DNA from: Nymphaea colorata
Taxonomy: Eukaryota
Assembly (NCBI RefSeq): GCF_008831285.2
Contig: NC_045138.2
Coordinates: forward strand, 42,780,001 to 42,844,000
Direction: 5' to 3'
DNA: 64,000 nucleotides
Positions 27,206 to 40,594 of this stretch are shown here, piece after piece (the stretch's first letter is position 1; every line of letters starts with the position of its first letter). Position numbers and translations under genes: made by a program. A model generated the notes under the pieces. It had not been told where the DNA came from. It did not search any database and saw nothing but the letters and a program-made list of their open reading frames with translations.

Positions 27206-28260
27206 ATGTTCCTGGACCACTTAGAAGACTGTGGCCTTGAAGAAGTAGCCAATTTTGCCATGCAGCCAATCAACGACAATCTAATTCATGCGATCACTGA
27301 AAGGTGGAACCCAAGGACCAACACATTCTGGTTTCCATGGGGTGAAATGACAATCACTCTAGATGAGTTTTCCAACAATATGGGTTTGCTAGAGCCAAAA
27401 GGTGACCCAGATGGACCAATTGAAACTAGTTCCTTGTTAATCAAGGCCAAGTCAAAACTCTCAAAGTAATCCTCAAACTCATGAACAAACAGAGCTGGCC
27501 CTTTCTAGAGAAAGATGGACATCAATACCTCCAACTACAAGAACTTGGTGAAACATATTCCCAATATGTCAACCCTACTTTACTATTAGTACAAAAACTC
27601 CATGGTAACGTGTACCGCGGGTCTCATCTTCTTCAACGATAAAGAACACATAATGGATTTGCACAACTCGCCTCTTCAGAAAATGGGGGCATGTCAAAGT
27701 CCACCACATATCTATAGCAATGACAGCCTTCGCATTCCTTTACCGAGGATTGACCAAATTTTCAATTGGGCATACAGATTTGATAGAAGGATGTGCCTTT
27801 GACATACAAGCATGACTCTACAAATATGTGGGACCGCAATTATGTCATTTTCAAAACATCGATGGCCAATTATCTAGTATGGAACACTACCATAAGAAGA
27901 TGGAGGAAGTGGCTGACTCCGCCATCATTTGGTACTTCTTTGATCGAGAAGTCATCAAGTCAAGTTGCACCTACAACCCAGTCAGAGGAAGTCATCTATT
28001 GGCATCATTTTTCATAATTCAATACCATCCAGAGTGTTGCATCAAACAATTCTCACTACTCAAAGGTAAGGATATCCAGTTGAATCAGAAGGAGCCATCG
28101 TGGAGAGTGAACTGGATAATGAAGAGTGGTCCAGAAAGTACACCTATGCCCAACAACATTGGGAATCATTTGTTCACTTGTATCTTATTCTTGGTCCAGG
28201 GTTGACTCCTGAATATGTAAAAGGGAGGAATGAAATCTGCCCATCTATCCTTTTGTCCTA
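27206..28260 (+). pseudogene. Plant Mobile Domain (aminotransferase-like, PF10536-type) ORF, frameshifted
   Basis: LIHAITERWNPRTNTFWFPWGEMTITLDEF matches the hallmark PMD motif L..ALVERW.PET.TFH.P.GEMT.TL.D. It continues in broken frames 27602-28205 (QYHPECCIKQF resembles the PMD Y.P.RV.RQF motif). Confidence 0.85.
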
Positions 28261-28389
28261 GATCAAGCCTAGTTCATTGTGATTAATCAAGCTGAACTTT
28301 GTCAAGATTTGTCAAGTTGTGTTAACTTTGTCGAGTCTTTTCGATCTCATTTCCCTTTCAATACACAATCAAAATTCGCCATTTTGTCA

Positions 28390-31300
28390 TATGTACAAAT
28401 GAACATCCGCTTTATGTTTGACACTAGAGGCCAACAAAGAAAGAGGATTGAGATGGAACTTGATCAACCTTTTAGTGGGAGACAAGGGAGAAGAATCTTT
28501 CTCAGATACACATCCCAGGATAGAGGCAAATGATCTAGAGTATGAAGAATACAAGAAATTTTGAAAATATATGATCATGTTCAATGAAGAGCAATCTCAG
28601 GCAGAGAGGGCCAAAAAGAGAGAGAAAAAGACAAAAATCTTCATTGAGCAATTCTGATTCTTCTGAAGATGCTACTACATAATCAAGTAGTGAGGAAAAA
28701 TAAAAGATTCCCAAGAACAAGAAGAAGGTATAATGCTGGAAAGAAAATATCCAGAAGGTTGAAAAGAAGTTGAGTGCCTTTCAACTCAAAGGCAAGAATA
28801 AGGCCCCGTTTGATGCACATGAAAAAAACTATGCATCGAGGGGATTTTTACTTTTTTTGTACCGCTTTAATTAGTGTCATTAAACATAGATAAATTTACC
28901 ATGCAAAAACCATTCAACCCGGGTAAACTTACCCTGGAAAAAGTCAGACCCTACAGGGTCCAACTTTTTTTTAGGGTTTTTTTTGGCCTATGAGGGCGTC
29001 TTCTCTTCACTACATCGTTTTTCTTTAGCGCCATGTTTTTCTCCACATCATTTCTCTTCAGCACCGCATCTTTCTCCTCTCAAAGATGAGCAAGGGATCC
29101 ACCGAGAGTAGATCAGTGCCACATCATTCTCTTCACCGTTGTTTCCATTTCTCATCATAGAACAGCTGGTGGGGAAATTCTATTTCTTCATAGGTAAGAT
29201 CCTTCGCCATCCCTCTTTCATGCATTTCTTTGTGGCTATAAATTTCTTTTCTTTCATAGAATAGGTGAGAAAGAGAAAAAGATGCGATTGAAGCATTTGG
29301 TCAAGTTTTATAAGAGACGACAGTCAATCTTCATGATTTTCTTTGTGTTGTTTTTGTTCCTTCGTAGAAGAGGGTGAGAGATGTCTCGTTCCACCTTTGT
29401 AATTGTTAGATTATGCTATTATATCATGTCTTCTTCAATACAATGAAATTTATCAAATGGATAGTGCCACGCATGTTGATTCTGTTATTCATTGGATTTT
29501 CAGTGTTAAACAAAAAGTCTATTACTCCTTGCATTTTCTTTTGATGACTTTGTGCTTGAAGTTGAAGATCCCAGCATCAGATTCTTGTCAAAGGCATGAC
29601 CTTCATAAAGCCAGGTTTCAAGTGGCTCACGAATTTCTGCTTTTAACAACTGTAAATTTATTGTATATAAAAACTGGTTTTTAACTAGTTCTTGTTTTCA
29701 TATTTTCTTCTCTCATTTTCTGACTTTTTTCTCTATAGATAAAAACATCTGTTCATAGTCCAAGCTCATTGGATTCTAAATTGGGGTTAGGCCAAAGTCA
29801 TCGGATTTTGAATTGGGTCAATAACCAGATAAGGCTGACACATTGGCACATCTGCTTCAAGACAGTGGGTTGGGGGTAGTCAAAATTGACCAACACAGTT
29901 GTGGTTTGGGAAGTGTGGGAAGCATCCGTAACTACTTCTTGTTACCCACCGTCTTTTATTCTTGATCTTAGCAATCCTTCAGGCGTGGAAGTTTTGAAAG
30001 TGCTTTTCCGAGGAGAATAACAAAACATACTGTTTTTGAGTTTTGACAGCATCCATGATTCTATTCTCCATTTTTGCCTCCATCTTTTCCCTTGCCCTTT
30101 TGATTTTGTATGCCAGCTTGCTTCCTCTTTCTTTTTCTCCTTTTCCCTTGCAGATTCTAAACACATTGTTGTCAATTAATTATGAGCTTCTTTTCATCTT
30201 ATTTGTAATATAAAAAGTTGGTCATGAGAATCTGATCTAGAATGCTTGTGTTTGGTATTTTGAGCTTCTATAAACATGATAAGATGCTCATTACATAAAA
30301 GACCAGTTGTAGACTACACACAGGAGCATGTGCAGGGCATCAAGATTTTAGCAGTCTTGTTTACTTGCAGTTTCCAGTGCTAATTGTTACTTAATCATGG
30401 ATTTGATTTGGTTCGTTAACTAGGATAGAACTTGAGGATATTATAATCACACACATGCATGGAGTATAGTTGCTTCTTGAACAACATCATCATGTCACGT
30501 TGGTAATTTCTGCTAACCTGTTTTGGTAGCTTCTAACTGGCTTGGCAGTTGGCAATAAGATAGCATTTCATTATAATCAGAACAAAAAGTATTGAGCATT
30601 GCTTCTAAACTAAACAAGGTTGCTTTATGGACCTGAGGCCTGTTACATCCAAGTGGGTAATATCAGTTTTCGGAATACTAGAACTTCCATTTTCCTGCAC
30701 AAGGAGCGCTCTACTAGCTGGACCTAGCATAGCTTTCCGTCAACTTGTAAATATGAGCTGAATAGTTTACAACTTACAAGTGATATTAAGCCCAAGCATT
30801 GTGACTAAGAGGAGTTAATACTTCTGTCAGTGCCTCTGCATATTAACTCTAAGTGTTTCTAGCTACTACTGTATGACTATGACACTACAATCAAATGAGT
30901 GAGGTTTGAATAGCTTGCCTAATGCCTCAGTATGTGAATGAGTTAAAGTTTGAGATTACCTTGTGTTAAGCATATTACCCATAGTGTTTCTAGCTATTGC
31001 ACATACAATTTCACAACGAAGCAGCCTCAAGTAGTTTCTTTCATTTTTTGAAGCATCCTCAACTAATTTCTTTCACTTTTCTTACTTTTTAGCTGCTATT
31101 GTGATCATAATTTTTGTCATCCATTATCAGTAACATCGTATATGTGAATTCATAGGTTTCACTCGTTGAATGGTCTGAGTGTGAGTGCAAGGGGAAGGCT
31201 GGCTGGTTTCCTTCAGTTTATGTGCAAAGGCGGGAGAAGGCTCCATCTATTTTTTTGTTTATATGTTTTTCAGACAAATCTCTTGTCAAATGAATTTGTT

Positions 31301-32750
31301 GTTCAGCTGAGATAAATTTTTGTCAGATGCAGAAATAGCTTTCAAAGCTCTCAAACTCATGCCTTCAAGTGAAAATACAATGGTAAAATAATTTGTTTGT
31401 GTTAAAGTTTTCTTGTGCACCAAACATAGTTAAATTTTATCCTGTAAAAAACTTCCCTACCATCAAACATGGTCTGGAAAAGGACAAAGCAAATTTTTTC
31501 CTTTCGTACATTTTTCTTCAATTTTTTGCCATGCTAAATTTACTGCTCAATTTTTTACCTTGCCATCAAATGGTACCTAAAAGAAATTTTACCTACGAAG
31601 AATTTTATGAAAGCTTTGAAAATGAAAACATATCAAAAACTTGTCTAAGAAATTCAAAGGTGCATTTGTTCATGTTCTTTGCAGAATGTTACAAATTTCG
31701 CAACAATCATAGAGCTCTCTTTTGATGTTTCCCAAGGAGCTTGGAAGGAATTGCAGCACAATGGTATAGGGAGCACATTAATCCAGTTGAACTGAAAAAG
31801 ATTGATAGACCGATCAACCTTTTCGTTGAAAGATCCATTCAGAATGTCGCAACTACACCAACAATCACCTTATTGTGTAACCAGAAACAGCGGCCAGGTG
31901 AGAAGGTCAAAGATTTTATTCAAAGATGGAGGTCTTCTTGAAATAAGATGAGAGATCCAATCTCCCAATCCCATGCATTGGGAATGATCACCAACAAATT
32001 GACACAACCATTAAGAGCCTCATTTCTAATGCTCCAATCAAATCTTTCATCGATCTCACTAAGAGAGCATAATGCATTGAGGCAGGAATTGAAAATGGAG
32101 CTTTTGATGTTGTCATCTCAGTAAAGTTCAAGGAAGATATAAAGAAAAGTAGTAGGAGTTAGAATGCTCCAATCAATATCATAGCCAATACTGCCGCTTT
32201 CAAAAAGGAAAGGGTAGACTATTCTAAGAATAAATGAGTAGTAGACAAAGCTAGCAGCAGTAGGAATGGCACTAAGAACAAACATGTTGGATGGGGATAT
32301 GACAAGAAATTCATCCCATTAGAACATAGTTATGAAGAAGTCATGCACGAGCTGATTGAATGAAGCACTCTGTTTCTCTCAAAAGTTTCCATCCTTCCAC
32401 CAATGATGGGGAAGAACAAACAACAACTTAACAAATTTCATCGTGCGCTCGGACATGATACAGAGGATTGCCTTGTGCTCAAAAATATTGTACAAGATGA
32501 AGTTGGCCAAGAAATATTCAAGGAAGTCAGTGAACAACTTGACATCCTCAAAAACCCTTTTCCTAAACATGGAAAAGAAACAACTGCAATGATCAGTTTG
32601 ACAGATCATCAAGTCATGGTGACGAACAAAAGGGACAAAGCATCCTTGGATTGCTTTAATTTTCTTTCCAAACATGACAAGAGATCTATCAACGAACCAA
32701 CTAGACAAGGCAAGCAAAACAGTTAGATAGCGGATGATCAAAAGAAGCAA
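28390..32750 (+). pseudogene. gag, degenerate, interrupted by DNA transposon
   Basis: Motifs are FPRSLEGIAAQWY, QKQRPGEKVKDFIQRWR and FHRALGHDTEDCLVLK (Tat-type His/Cys knuckle). Multiple stops. Confidence 0.85.
28802..31577. mobile_element. Non-autonomous PIF/Harbinger-type DNA transposon (2776 bp)
   Basis: TAA TSDs at 28799-28801 and 31578-31580. TIRs are GGCCCCGTTTGATG and CATCAAATGGTACC (11/14 match). Removing it restores colinearity with the uninterrupted sister gag at ~16290. No transposase seen. Confidence 0.88.
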
Positions 32751-32845
32751 ATATGGGATCCTGAGCCTTTGGAAGTCATCTTCAGGAAATTAAACCCCCT
32801 ACCCAAATCAAGAAGGAAAGATTTAGCCCTAACCGGGGAGATGAA

Positions 32846-33370
32846 TTGGCTTTTGGACTATACAAAAATGGTCCAATCACACTTTATGATATAGATCTAC
32901 CAAATGGAGGCACATTGCATAATGATGTCTTGCACATAGTGGTTGAAACAAAGGGTATCAGAGTTACCCATGTTTTAATTGATGGAGAAGCCAGCCTGAA
33001 CATTTGTTCACATCAAATAGCTCACACATTAGGCGTAAGGCAAACTGTCTATACTCCATCATCAATTTTCATTCATAGATATGACAGATTGGGACAATCT
33101 TACATAGGTTGTGTATGTCTTGATCTAAATATCTCTGAGACATATCATCTGGTTTTATTTCATGTGGTGGATATAGAACCCTCATTCAACTTATTGCTTG
33201 GCAGACCATGGATCCATTCTACAAATGTGGTTCCTTCCACTCTGTATAAGTGCGTCAAATGGACTCACAATATGAAAACTATAACAATCTATGTAGAAGA
33301 CAAACAGAATTGTCTTGTGCATCCAATGATTTTGGTACCAACATATACAATTGAAGTGCCTAGTATTTGA
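32846..33370 (+). pseudogene. Aspartic protease domain
   Basis: HNDVLHIVV..VTHVLIDGEASLNI...SFNLLLGRPWIH..VVPSTL is typical of Tat/Ogre protease. Confidence 0.9.
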
Positions 33371-33779
33371 ATCTGCAAAGAAGAATTATCTCAAGGTCTC
33401 CACAAATTGGCTATTCAGAAGCTGAAAAAACATATATGGATGGAAAAGGATACCAAGCCAAATCTGTCTGAAACAAATTACAAAGGTCATCCATTGTTCA
33501 GAAATTTCCACCAGATTGAGAAAGGATTGGACCTGCTCATGCGTCATGGCTACCTGCCATTCACTGGTCTTGGCAAACATAAAAATAGAACTAGGAACCA
33601 ATTGCTTGGTCAGGACAGAGAGGCAAGCAGGCCCTGGGATGTCAAAGTTATGAAAAAGTGGACGTAGAAGAAGAATTCAAGCTACTACCTTTTGTCAAAG
33701 GCAATACCATAGGTGAATGTTCACCATCAATTTGAATCAATCAGTGCTTCAGCGAGTCTACTATCATTTTGTCATCTAC

Positions 33780-34790
33780 TCATTATTTTGTCATAAAACA
33801 ATTCGAAGAGTATTAGCTCTTACATATCAAAAGAGAGTTGAACCCAATTGTTGATGGTTTGGATAGTTTAGGCTCTACCATCACATTCAAACCTGAAGAA
33901 TCTATTGGATCCTTTGAAGTCAGAAGACTCAAGCCACCATCTTATGTCATACTAGAACATATGCTATAAATAAAAAACAAAAAAACACCATGGTATCAAA
34001 ACATCAAAGATTTTCTTTGAACAAAAGCACTTCCACCTGAAATATCTTGAAAAGAGCAAAGAGCTCCCATTGAAAAACACCATGGTATCATTCACAAAAA
34101 CGTTTTCTACAGCTTTGGCATTCCACACGGTATCATTTTTGACAACAGTACTCATTTTAAAAATGAGAAAGTGCACAATCTCTGTCAAATACAACATCAT
34201 TTTCTATCCAATATTACCCTTAAGGTAACGGTCACACAGAAACAACTAACAAGATCTTGATTTGTGTTTTAGAAAAGGACTGTCGAAAGAGGCTGAGATT
34301 GGCACAAAAAAATGCACAATGCACTTTGGACATATCAAACCATGATTCAAACACACACCAATACTACACCAGCCGAATTGGCATATGGAATGAAAGTTGT
34401 CCTTCCATTACATGTCTAAAATCCAGCAATGAAATTTCCCGCTCTTATTGAACTCTCAATCAGCAAGCATCAAAAAAGGAAACTTGCCCAATTAGAACTC
34501 TTAGATGAGAAAAGTCTAGAAGCTGTAGAGCATGTTGAAGTCTAACGCAAGAGAGTCACCCAACATTATGCCAGAACAGTCATCGAAAGAAAATTTCACA
34601 TAAATGACCTTGTCATAAGATCTATGGTTTCACTCAAGAGTACACCTAAAGGAAAATGGGCACCAAACTAGCAAGGACCATATGTCATCAAAGAGGTTCT
34701 ACCTCACAATTCTTATCAGCTAATTGATGCTGATGGGGTCGAAATCCTGATCCAATTAATTCTCTACATCTCAAGAAATTCTACACTTGA
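33780..34790 (+). pseudogene. RNase H C-terminal remnant and deleted/frameshifted integrase
   Basis: Motifs are NPIVDGLDSLGS, PWYQNIKDFL, FGIPHGIIFDNSTHF, GNGHTETTNKIL, ALWTYQT..TPAELAYG, GKWAPN*QGPY and PINSLHLKKFY. Confidence 0.85.
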
Positions 34791-35749
34791 ATTTGCAATT
34801 CAAAAATCTCAAAATGGTTGTGCTTTGATAAGCACATTCTTAGCAAATTTTCAAACCAACTAAGGGGCATAGTATCCCTTAGAGAAAGTTTTCAAAAATG
34901 CATCAAAATTTTCAAACTCAGCTCATGTCTTGAGAACAATCGTAAGGGCATTGGCTTGAGTTATGCAAGAAATTTCAATGAAATCGAGAGATTAACACAT
35001 AGAAATTAGGGTTGGACCTTGGCAAGATGGAGGAAAATCTATCAAACAAAATGAGTTGAACAATGATCTCAGGGTTAGTGTATCTGTTCCTTTGCTTCAA
35101 AGCTCTATAGTTGCGGGTGGGCACGACTTATGCTTACGTCATGAAGCTGAAAGGCAATCCAGGAACATTTTGCTTATATTAAGTATCCTAAAACCATTTC
35201 AATTTGAGTAAGTAAGTCTGATAAGTGTTCCATAGTTGGTACCCTAAGGCCAACTGGTCTCGGAGTTACTGGCCCAAAGCTCGCTACAAGGGTTTAGAAG
35301 AAAACCTGATAGACTTGATATTGCATAAAACAAACTACACAAAACCACCAAAGCAACAGAACTCATAGTAACTTTTGGAGTGGTGAGGAATTTATCCCAA
35401 GAGTGAAGGGTGGTCCAAAAAGGAAATCAAAATTCAAAAACTAAGCCAACAGGTGAGAAGCTAAGCCAAAAGGGGAGAAAAAGCACTTGTCAATAGTCAA
35501 GAAGGCGCTAAGTTCAAGCTTCGAATGCAAAAACTTTCACAATTGTAAAATTTTTCAGCCAACGTTAATTCCTCTACAGAGTCTCCTATGAGGTAGAGGA
35601 AAATCTTCTTATTTCAGGTCTATGCCTAGCATTTCCCCTCCAGTGAGGACGGTTCAACATTATTTGAAAGATAGACTTTTCAAACAATTTGCAAAAATTT
35701 GGTGCGCGAATCTTTGCTATTAAGAAAAGTATGCAACTTTCTTAACTGC

Positions 35750-35758
35750 AAAGAGGGG
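35750..35758 (+). other. Polypurine tract
   Basis: AAAGAGGGG lies 4 nt before the 3' LTR start TGTTAACACCCC. Confidence 0.8.
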
Positions 35759-35762
35759 CATC

Positions 35763-38470
35763 TGTTAACACCCCAAATTTTTCCACCTCAATTGATGGAA
35801 GCAATGTCAAAATTTTACGAAGGAATTTCACAAAAGATTGTGACAATTTGAAATTTTAAAGCCAATTTTTAATCTAAGCATAATTTAGATTCAAATCATG
35901 AATTTGACTCGTGACATGAATCCCAAAGCAGGATTACGAGTCTAGATCCTGATTTGGTACTCAAAATTAGACCCAAATTAGGATTTAAGATCATAATCCA
36001 AATTACAAGTGTCATTTGAAATCCATATCCATTACAAAATTTAAATCCAGTTTTAAGTCCAAAATTAGATCCAACTCAGGATTCAAAATGCTATGTGGGA
36101 CCCACATGTGGGCCCCACCTGGCTCGTTTTTTCAGAAGCCCACCCAACAGGTCACACACCCGCTTTTTTTAATATCTTCTCTCAATTATTTCCAATAATA
36201 ACAATGAGAAATGAATAACATTATAATTGAGTTCATAGGAAAAGATAGACATTTATCCTTCTCTCTCCCTGTTAACTAAAAGGAGATCCCCTAATTAAAA
36301 GAGAAGTCAAATTCCAAAGAAACAATAAGTGTTTCTAACCAACCTACTAATGGTAAGTAAACTCACCTAACCTACTCAATCTAAGTAGGTTTGACCTTGG
36401 CGGACCCAAATGTGGCGCCAACTTCATCAAAGGTCAGTCAACACGAGCTCAACTTAGTCAAAAGGGTAAGTCTATCCCATGATCCAATTAATGGACAAGA
36501 ATAGACCTTGACCATACCAAATCTATTTTGACTAAACCCATTCGAAGTATAATTTAGCTCAATCAAGTGCTTTCTTAGCCCAAATTCATCAAATGACCTC
36601 AATCAAGTCAACTTCAGCTTGCAAATGAACTTTGACTTTGGTCAATTGATCAGATTTGATCCAATTTCGACAAATTTGCCCTTCCATGATCAAATTAAAA
36701 TTATAGAACCCAAATTGGAATTCTATGAAAGGCAAATTTATGTTTCAATTTGTCAAATGTACAAAGCAAATGTTAAACTGAAAACCAATATTTCAAACCA
36801 AAATTTGATTCAATTGAAACCCATTTTCAATCAAATTATAGACAAAAATGCCCTTTGCAAACCAAATTTGCTGAAGTTTTCAAAATTTATTCAAATTCAA
36901 ATGAAATTGTCAAAAATATATTCACAACTCAATAACATCTAGATTTGAATCATCACGATTCATGAGTTATGCGGTTCCTTGTTAAAATCTCACTTTGAGG
37001 TGTAAGATACGCATATATATATTATTATATATATGCATGTATAACCTCTTCTTCAAAATCAGTTTTCTATTTTAAAATTAGGTTGGAACATGTTTCCAAA
37101 CTGATTTTAAGGAAAGAAAACTTCATTTTGATCTACGTACTTCAAAACTACAAGATCACTTAACATTTCATGTTTAAGTTTTATCAATTCCAACAATACA
37201 TTCATGAAATGCATATATATTGCTAAATCAAACCATGTTTTCATGAAATTTAGCTTAAAACTCTAAATTTTAAGGTCTTGAAATATTAATTTTCAGCCAC
37301 AAAGTTGCTATCTTTCATAAAACTTGAGAAAGTTCTAATCTCATTCAAACCGGCACCTGAAGAATACTTTAAGAGTCATTGGTTTCATTTCATATATTTT
37401 TAGATCTTGCATGGGATTAATTAACATTCCAAAGTACTCCAAAATCATATCCCAATCTTCGTTTCTCCCAAAAGAGAATATCCAACATGCTGAAATTGTT
37501 CAAGAAATGGATGAATCTTTTATTATAAATTCTGAAATCTAAATTAGCTTTGGAAAAGAAAGTTTTCTAAAAATGTAATGTCTAAACCCAACATGTTGGA
37601 GCATGTTCTTATAAGGAAAAATCCTCTTGCTGATTTAGATGTTTAACTAATGTAATTTTCAATAATTTTCATCTTTCTTTAAGAAACAAGCTTTTTAGAA
37701 TCAACATTTCTGATTTTCAGCCATTTAAATGTGGCTGTTTTGAGATAAAAGTGGATGTTACCCACATCTCAAGTTTGTGGACTGCATCTCTAACTTTTGT
37801 GCTAGATATGATAAGCACATTTGAAAAAGTCCTACATTCCCATTAAAATCAATCTTTATGTGTTGAATATATGATGTGTAATTACATTGAATGAATGTTG
37901 AGAGATTATGAGAGAAAGAAGAATGAATGTTTCATATAGTTTCTTTTCTTAATTCAAGCATTCATATTCACCCAAAATCAATTGCACCACGTGCACATTC
38001 TCTAGAAATTAAGTGATTCAATTTTGAGTTGCAAAAGGTGACCAAGTCATATTGCAACAAGAATTTGAAGACCTCACTTAATTTTCAAAGCAAACACAAG
38101 CATCACATCCCTAATCTTAGCCAAAACATATTTTGAAAACAACACTTTTCTAACATCTTAGAATTCATTTTCATCAAAAGAACAAATTCTATTTATGCAA
38201 AAACCCAAATTTCTCATGTCTTAGACCTAATCACACGATTTGGCAAAAAAAGAGAGTTTTAAAATCAATTCAGCTTGCTAGGTAACTTAGTCAATTTTCC
38301 AAAAGTTGATCACAAGACGTACATAATTTCAACCCAAAAATCATCTTCAGTTCACAATAAAGAACTCAATTTCAAAATCTCCAACTTTCCCTATAAATTA
38401 TGATCTAAAATGTCAAATTAACTTTCAAATCAGGACAATTATCATTTCAAATCAATCCATACCACTTCAA
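35763..38470 (+). repeat. 3' LTR, lacking a central 1.3 kb and the last ~370 bp
   Basis: It is colinear with 21839-22984 and 24309-~25895, then switches abruptly to the duplicated ARP7 segment. Confidence 0.88.
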
Positions 38471-39729
38471 ATCTTCTCCAAATTCTCTTGTTTTGAAGTT
38501 TTCGTGCAAAGGGTTGGATCATTGATTGCTAAGGGAAAATTGATACTTCTATAGCTCACTCTCCTATCCACCTAAAAACCACTTTCAGGACCGAGTTGGA
38601 TTGGTTTGAATGGTTATAGATAATCCTCTTAGCAATAAGACACAAAAAACAATATGCCAAAATCAAAGCAAAATCACGATACAAGTCCTAAAATACCCTC
38701 ATCTCCTTAACTAAGTGGAAATTCTAGATCCTTAAGTGCAGACAAGTTCAAAATTGTATTCTATTTGGTGGAGATACATATGCCTAAAAGTTAAAGAAAA
38801 ATCATAAATAGAAACTACAAAGATGAACAAACACTCAGGAAAAACTATAACTGAACATCTCTTTTTTCCACGAAGTAAAAAATCTGAGAGCTTGCATCTT
38901 TTTGAAAGCGCTGCTCAAAATCTGTAGCAAAAGAAATGTAGGCATGAAACCAGTAACTTACTTTATGAGGTTGATGATGCATGTTAAAAGCCTCCTCTTT
39001 CATGATTCAATTTTTCAGTGTTGATGGCATACACTTATTAGTTGTTCGTAGTCAATGTCCAAAGCTTCTACAATATGGATGGGCTGTAAACATGCTTAAA
39101 AAGAGGCCAGGTGTCCTAGATGCAACGTGATGTAACTCGTTAAGACTTAAGATGAACTATAACCACAATATGCAGCTAACAGTAAATGCCTAATGATATC
39201 ATTTATATGTTTGTAGTGGTTCATAATTCAACTCCTGTCAATTCAAAACCACTTGTTGTAGGGTATGCAAGTGAAGAAAAACCCTGTTAGAATTTCATGT
39301 TGTGTGACAACCTCCATACGCTGCAGACAGTCCATCCTCTTTGCTGCAGAAGCTTATTTTAAGATGAGACCTATGGAGGCATGACTTGCTATCAAATGTT
39401 GCAAGAAGTTTTAAGCAGTGTATGCACCAGACTGACAATGAGCACTTAACTATTTTTTATGATTTCGATTAATAGAAGAAAGAACCATGGGAAGGTCAAA
39501 CTTAGTGAAAAACATGGACATACCAGTCATAGATACAATCCACAAAGCACATTATTTTCCAACAATCGCCTATGGTTCTCATATCAAGCACTTGAGATAC
39601 AACGCAGAAGCTGCTCAACAATACCATGTTCTTCGAGGCCCAAAATGAAAGGCTGAAACAACGCGTCACTGGCCGTGTACCTCTCTTTCCCAATAGTTAT
39701 TTCCTGGAACATAAAATTTACAGTGGGTA
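38470..39729. repeat. Segmental duplication copy A (copy B = 47834-48175 + 53513-54430)
   Basis: Near-identical text runs from AATCTTCTCCAAATTCTC to CAGTGGGTA in both copies. Confidence 0.95.
39524..39703 (-). pseudogene. ARP7: Actin-related protein 7 isolated exon, copy A
   Basis: The CAG/GT-bounded exon reads EITIGKERYTASDALFQPFILGLEEHGIVEQLLRCISSA*YENHRRLLENNVLCG..VSMT, matching plant ARP7. It has a premature stop (39584-39586) and a frameshift near the end. Confidence 0.88.
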
Positions 39730-40594
39730 ACTCAGGGTGATTATTATTATTATTGACAAAGAGCACTATCATGCATGTGTTTTTTCTAGTAAATCTTCTG
39801 TACACCCAAAAGTACATCATCATAGTGTTCAACTATTATCTAGATGTTGCATGCTTGATAAGCTGATGGCAAACCATAAACTGAAATAGAATCCTCAGGA
39901 ACAAGCGTTAGAGCATTTAATTACAAGACGTACCTGTGGAAACATACACCCATCTTCTTCACGTTTACAAAAGTTGTTGATATGACCATTGAAGCACAAG
40001 AAGCAATAGCATTTGATGGACAGCCTGTAAAGGTAAAAAACGAATTAATTTTCATGAAGAAAAATGTGCATGTGCATCATGAGAAAGAAGAAAGTTACTA
40101 AGGAAAGTGGGGGATCCAAGTTTCCTAGAAATAAAACACAATTATGATGATATGTCTTTTAAAAAGTTTCAAGAAGCTAGTAAAACAAGCTTATGCAAGA
40201 ACATATTTCTGGACTCATATCTGGATCTGAACTTACAACTTAAGAGATTTTGGCATATCACATGTACGACAATATGTACTGTAATGTAAATGTACATATA
40301 ATAATATGTATACTTATTTTATAATATTATTATTATACAAAATATATGTATGATACACATATATTGTAATATGTAATGCATTTGTTTATATATATACAAC
40401 ATGTACGACAATTTGTACTATAATGTAAATGTACATATTATAATGCTACAGCACATTTAATGCATAAATTATATAAATATATTATACATATCATATATAT
40501 ATACCATATGTTATATTGTACAATATATAATATATATTATGTACATATTATATGTTATATTGTATAAAATATAATAAACATTCACAATGTGGCT

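Larger units (their letters stand above)
21839..38470 (+). mobile_element. Tat/Ogre-like Ty3/gypsy element, non-autonomous (RT absent), 3' LTR truncated
   Basis: The order is 4.4 kb LTR, PBS, PMD ORF, gag, protease, G-patch-like motif, RNase H tail, integrase, 1 kb UTR, PPT, LTR. Integrase-last order indicates gypsy; the giant LTR, extra 5' ORF and TGGCGA-type PBS fit Ogre. Confidence 0.9.
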
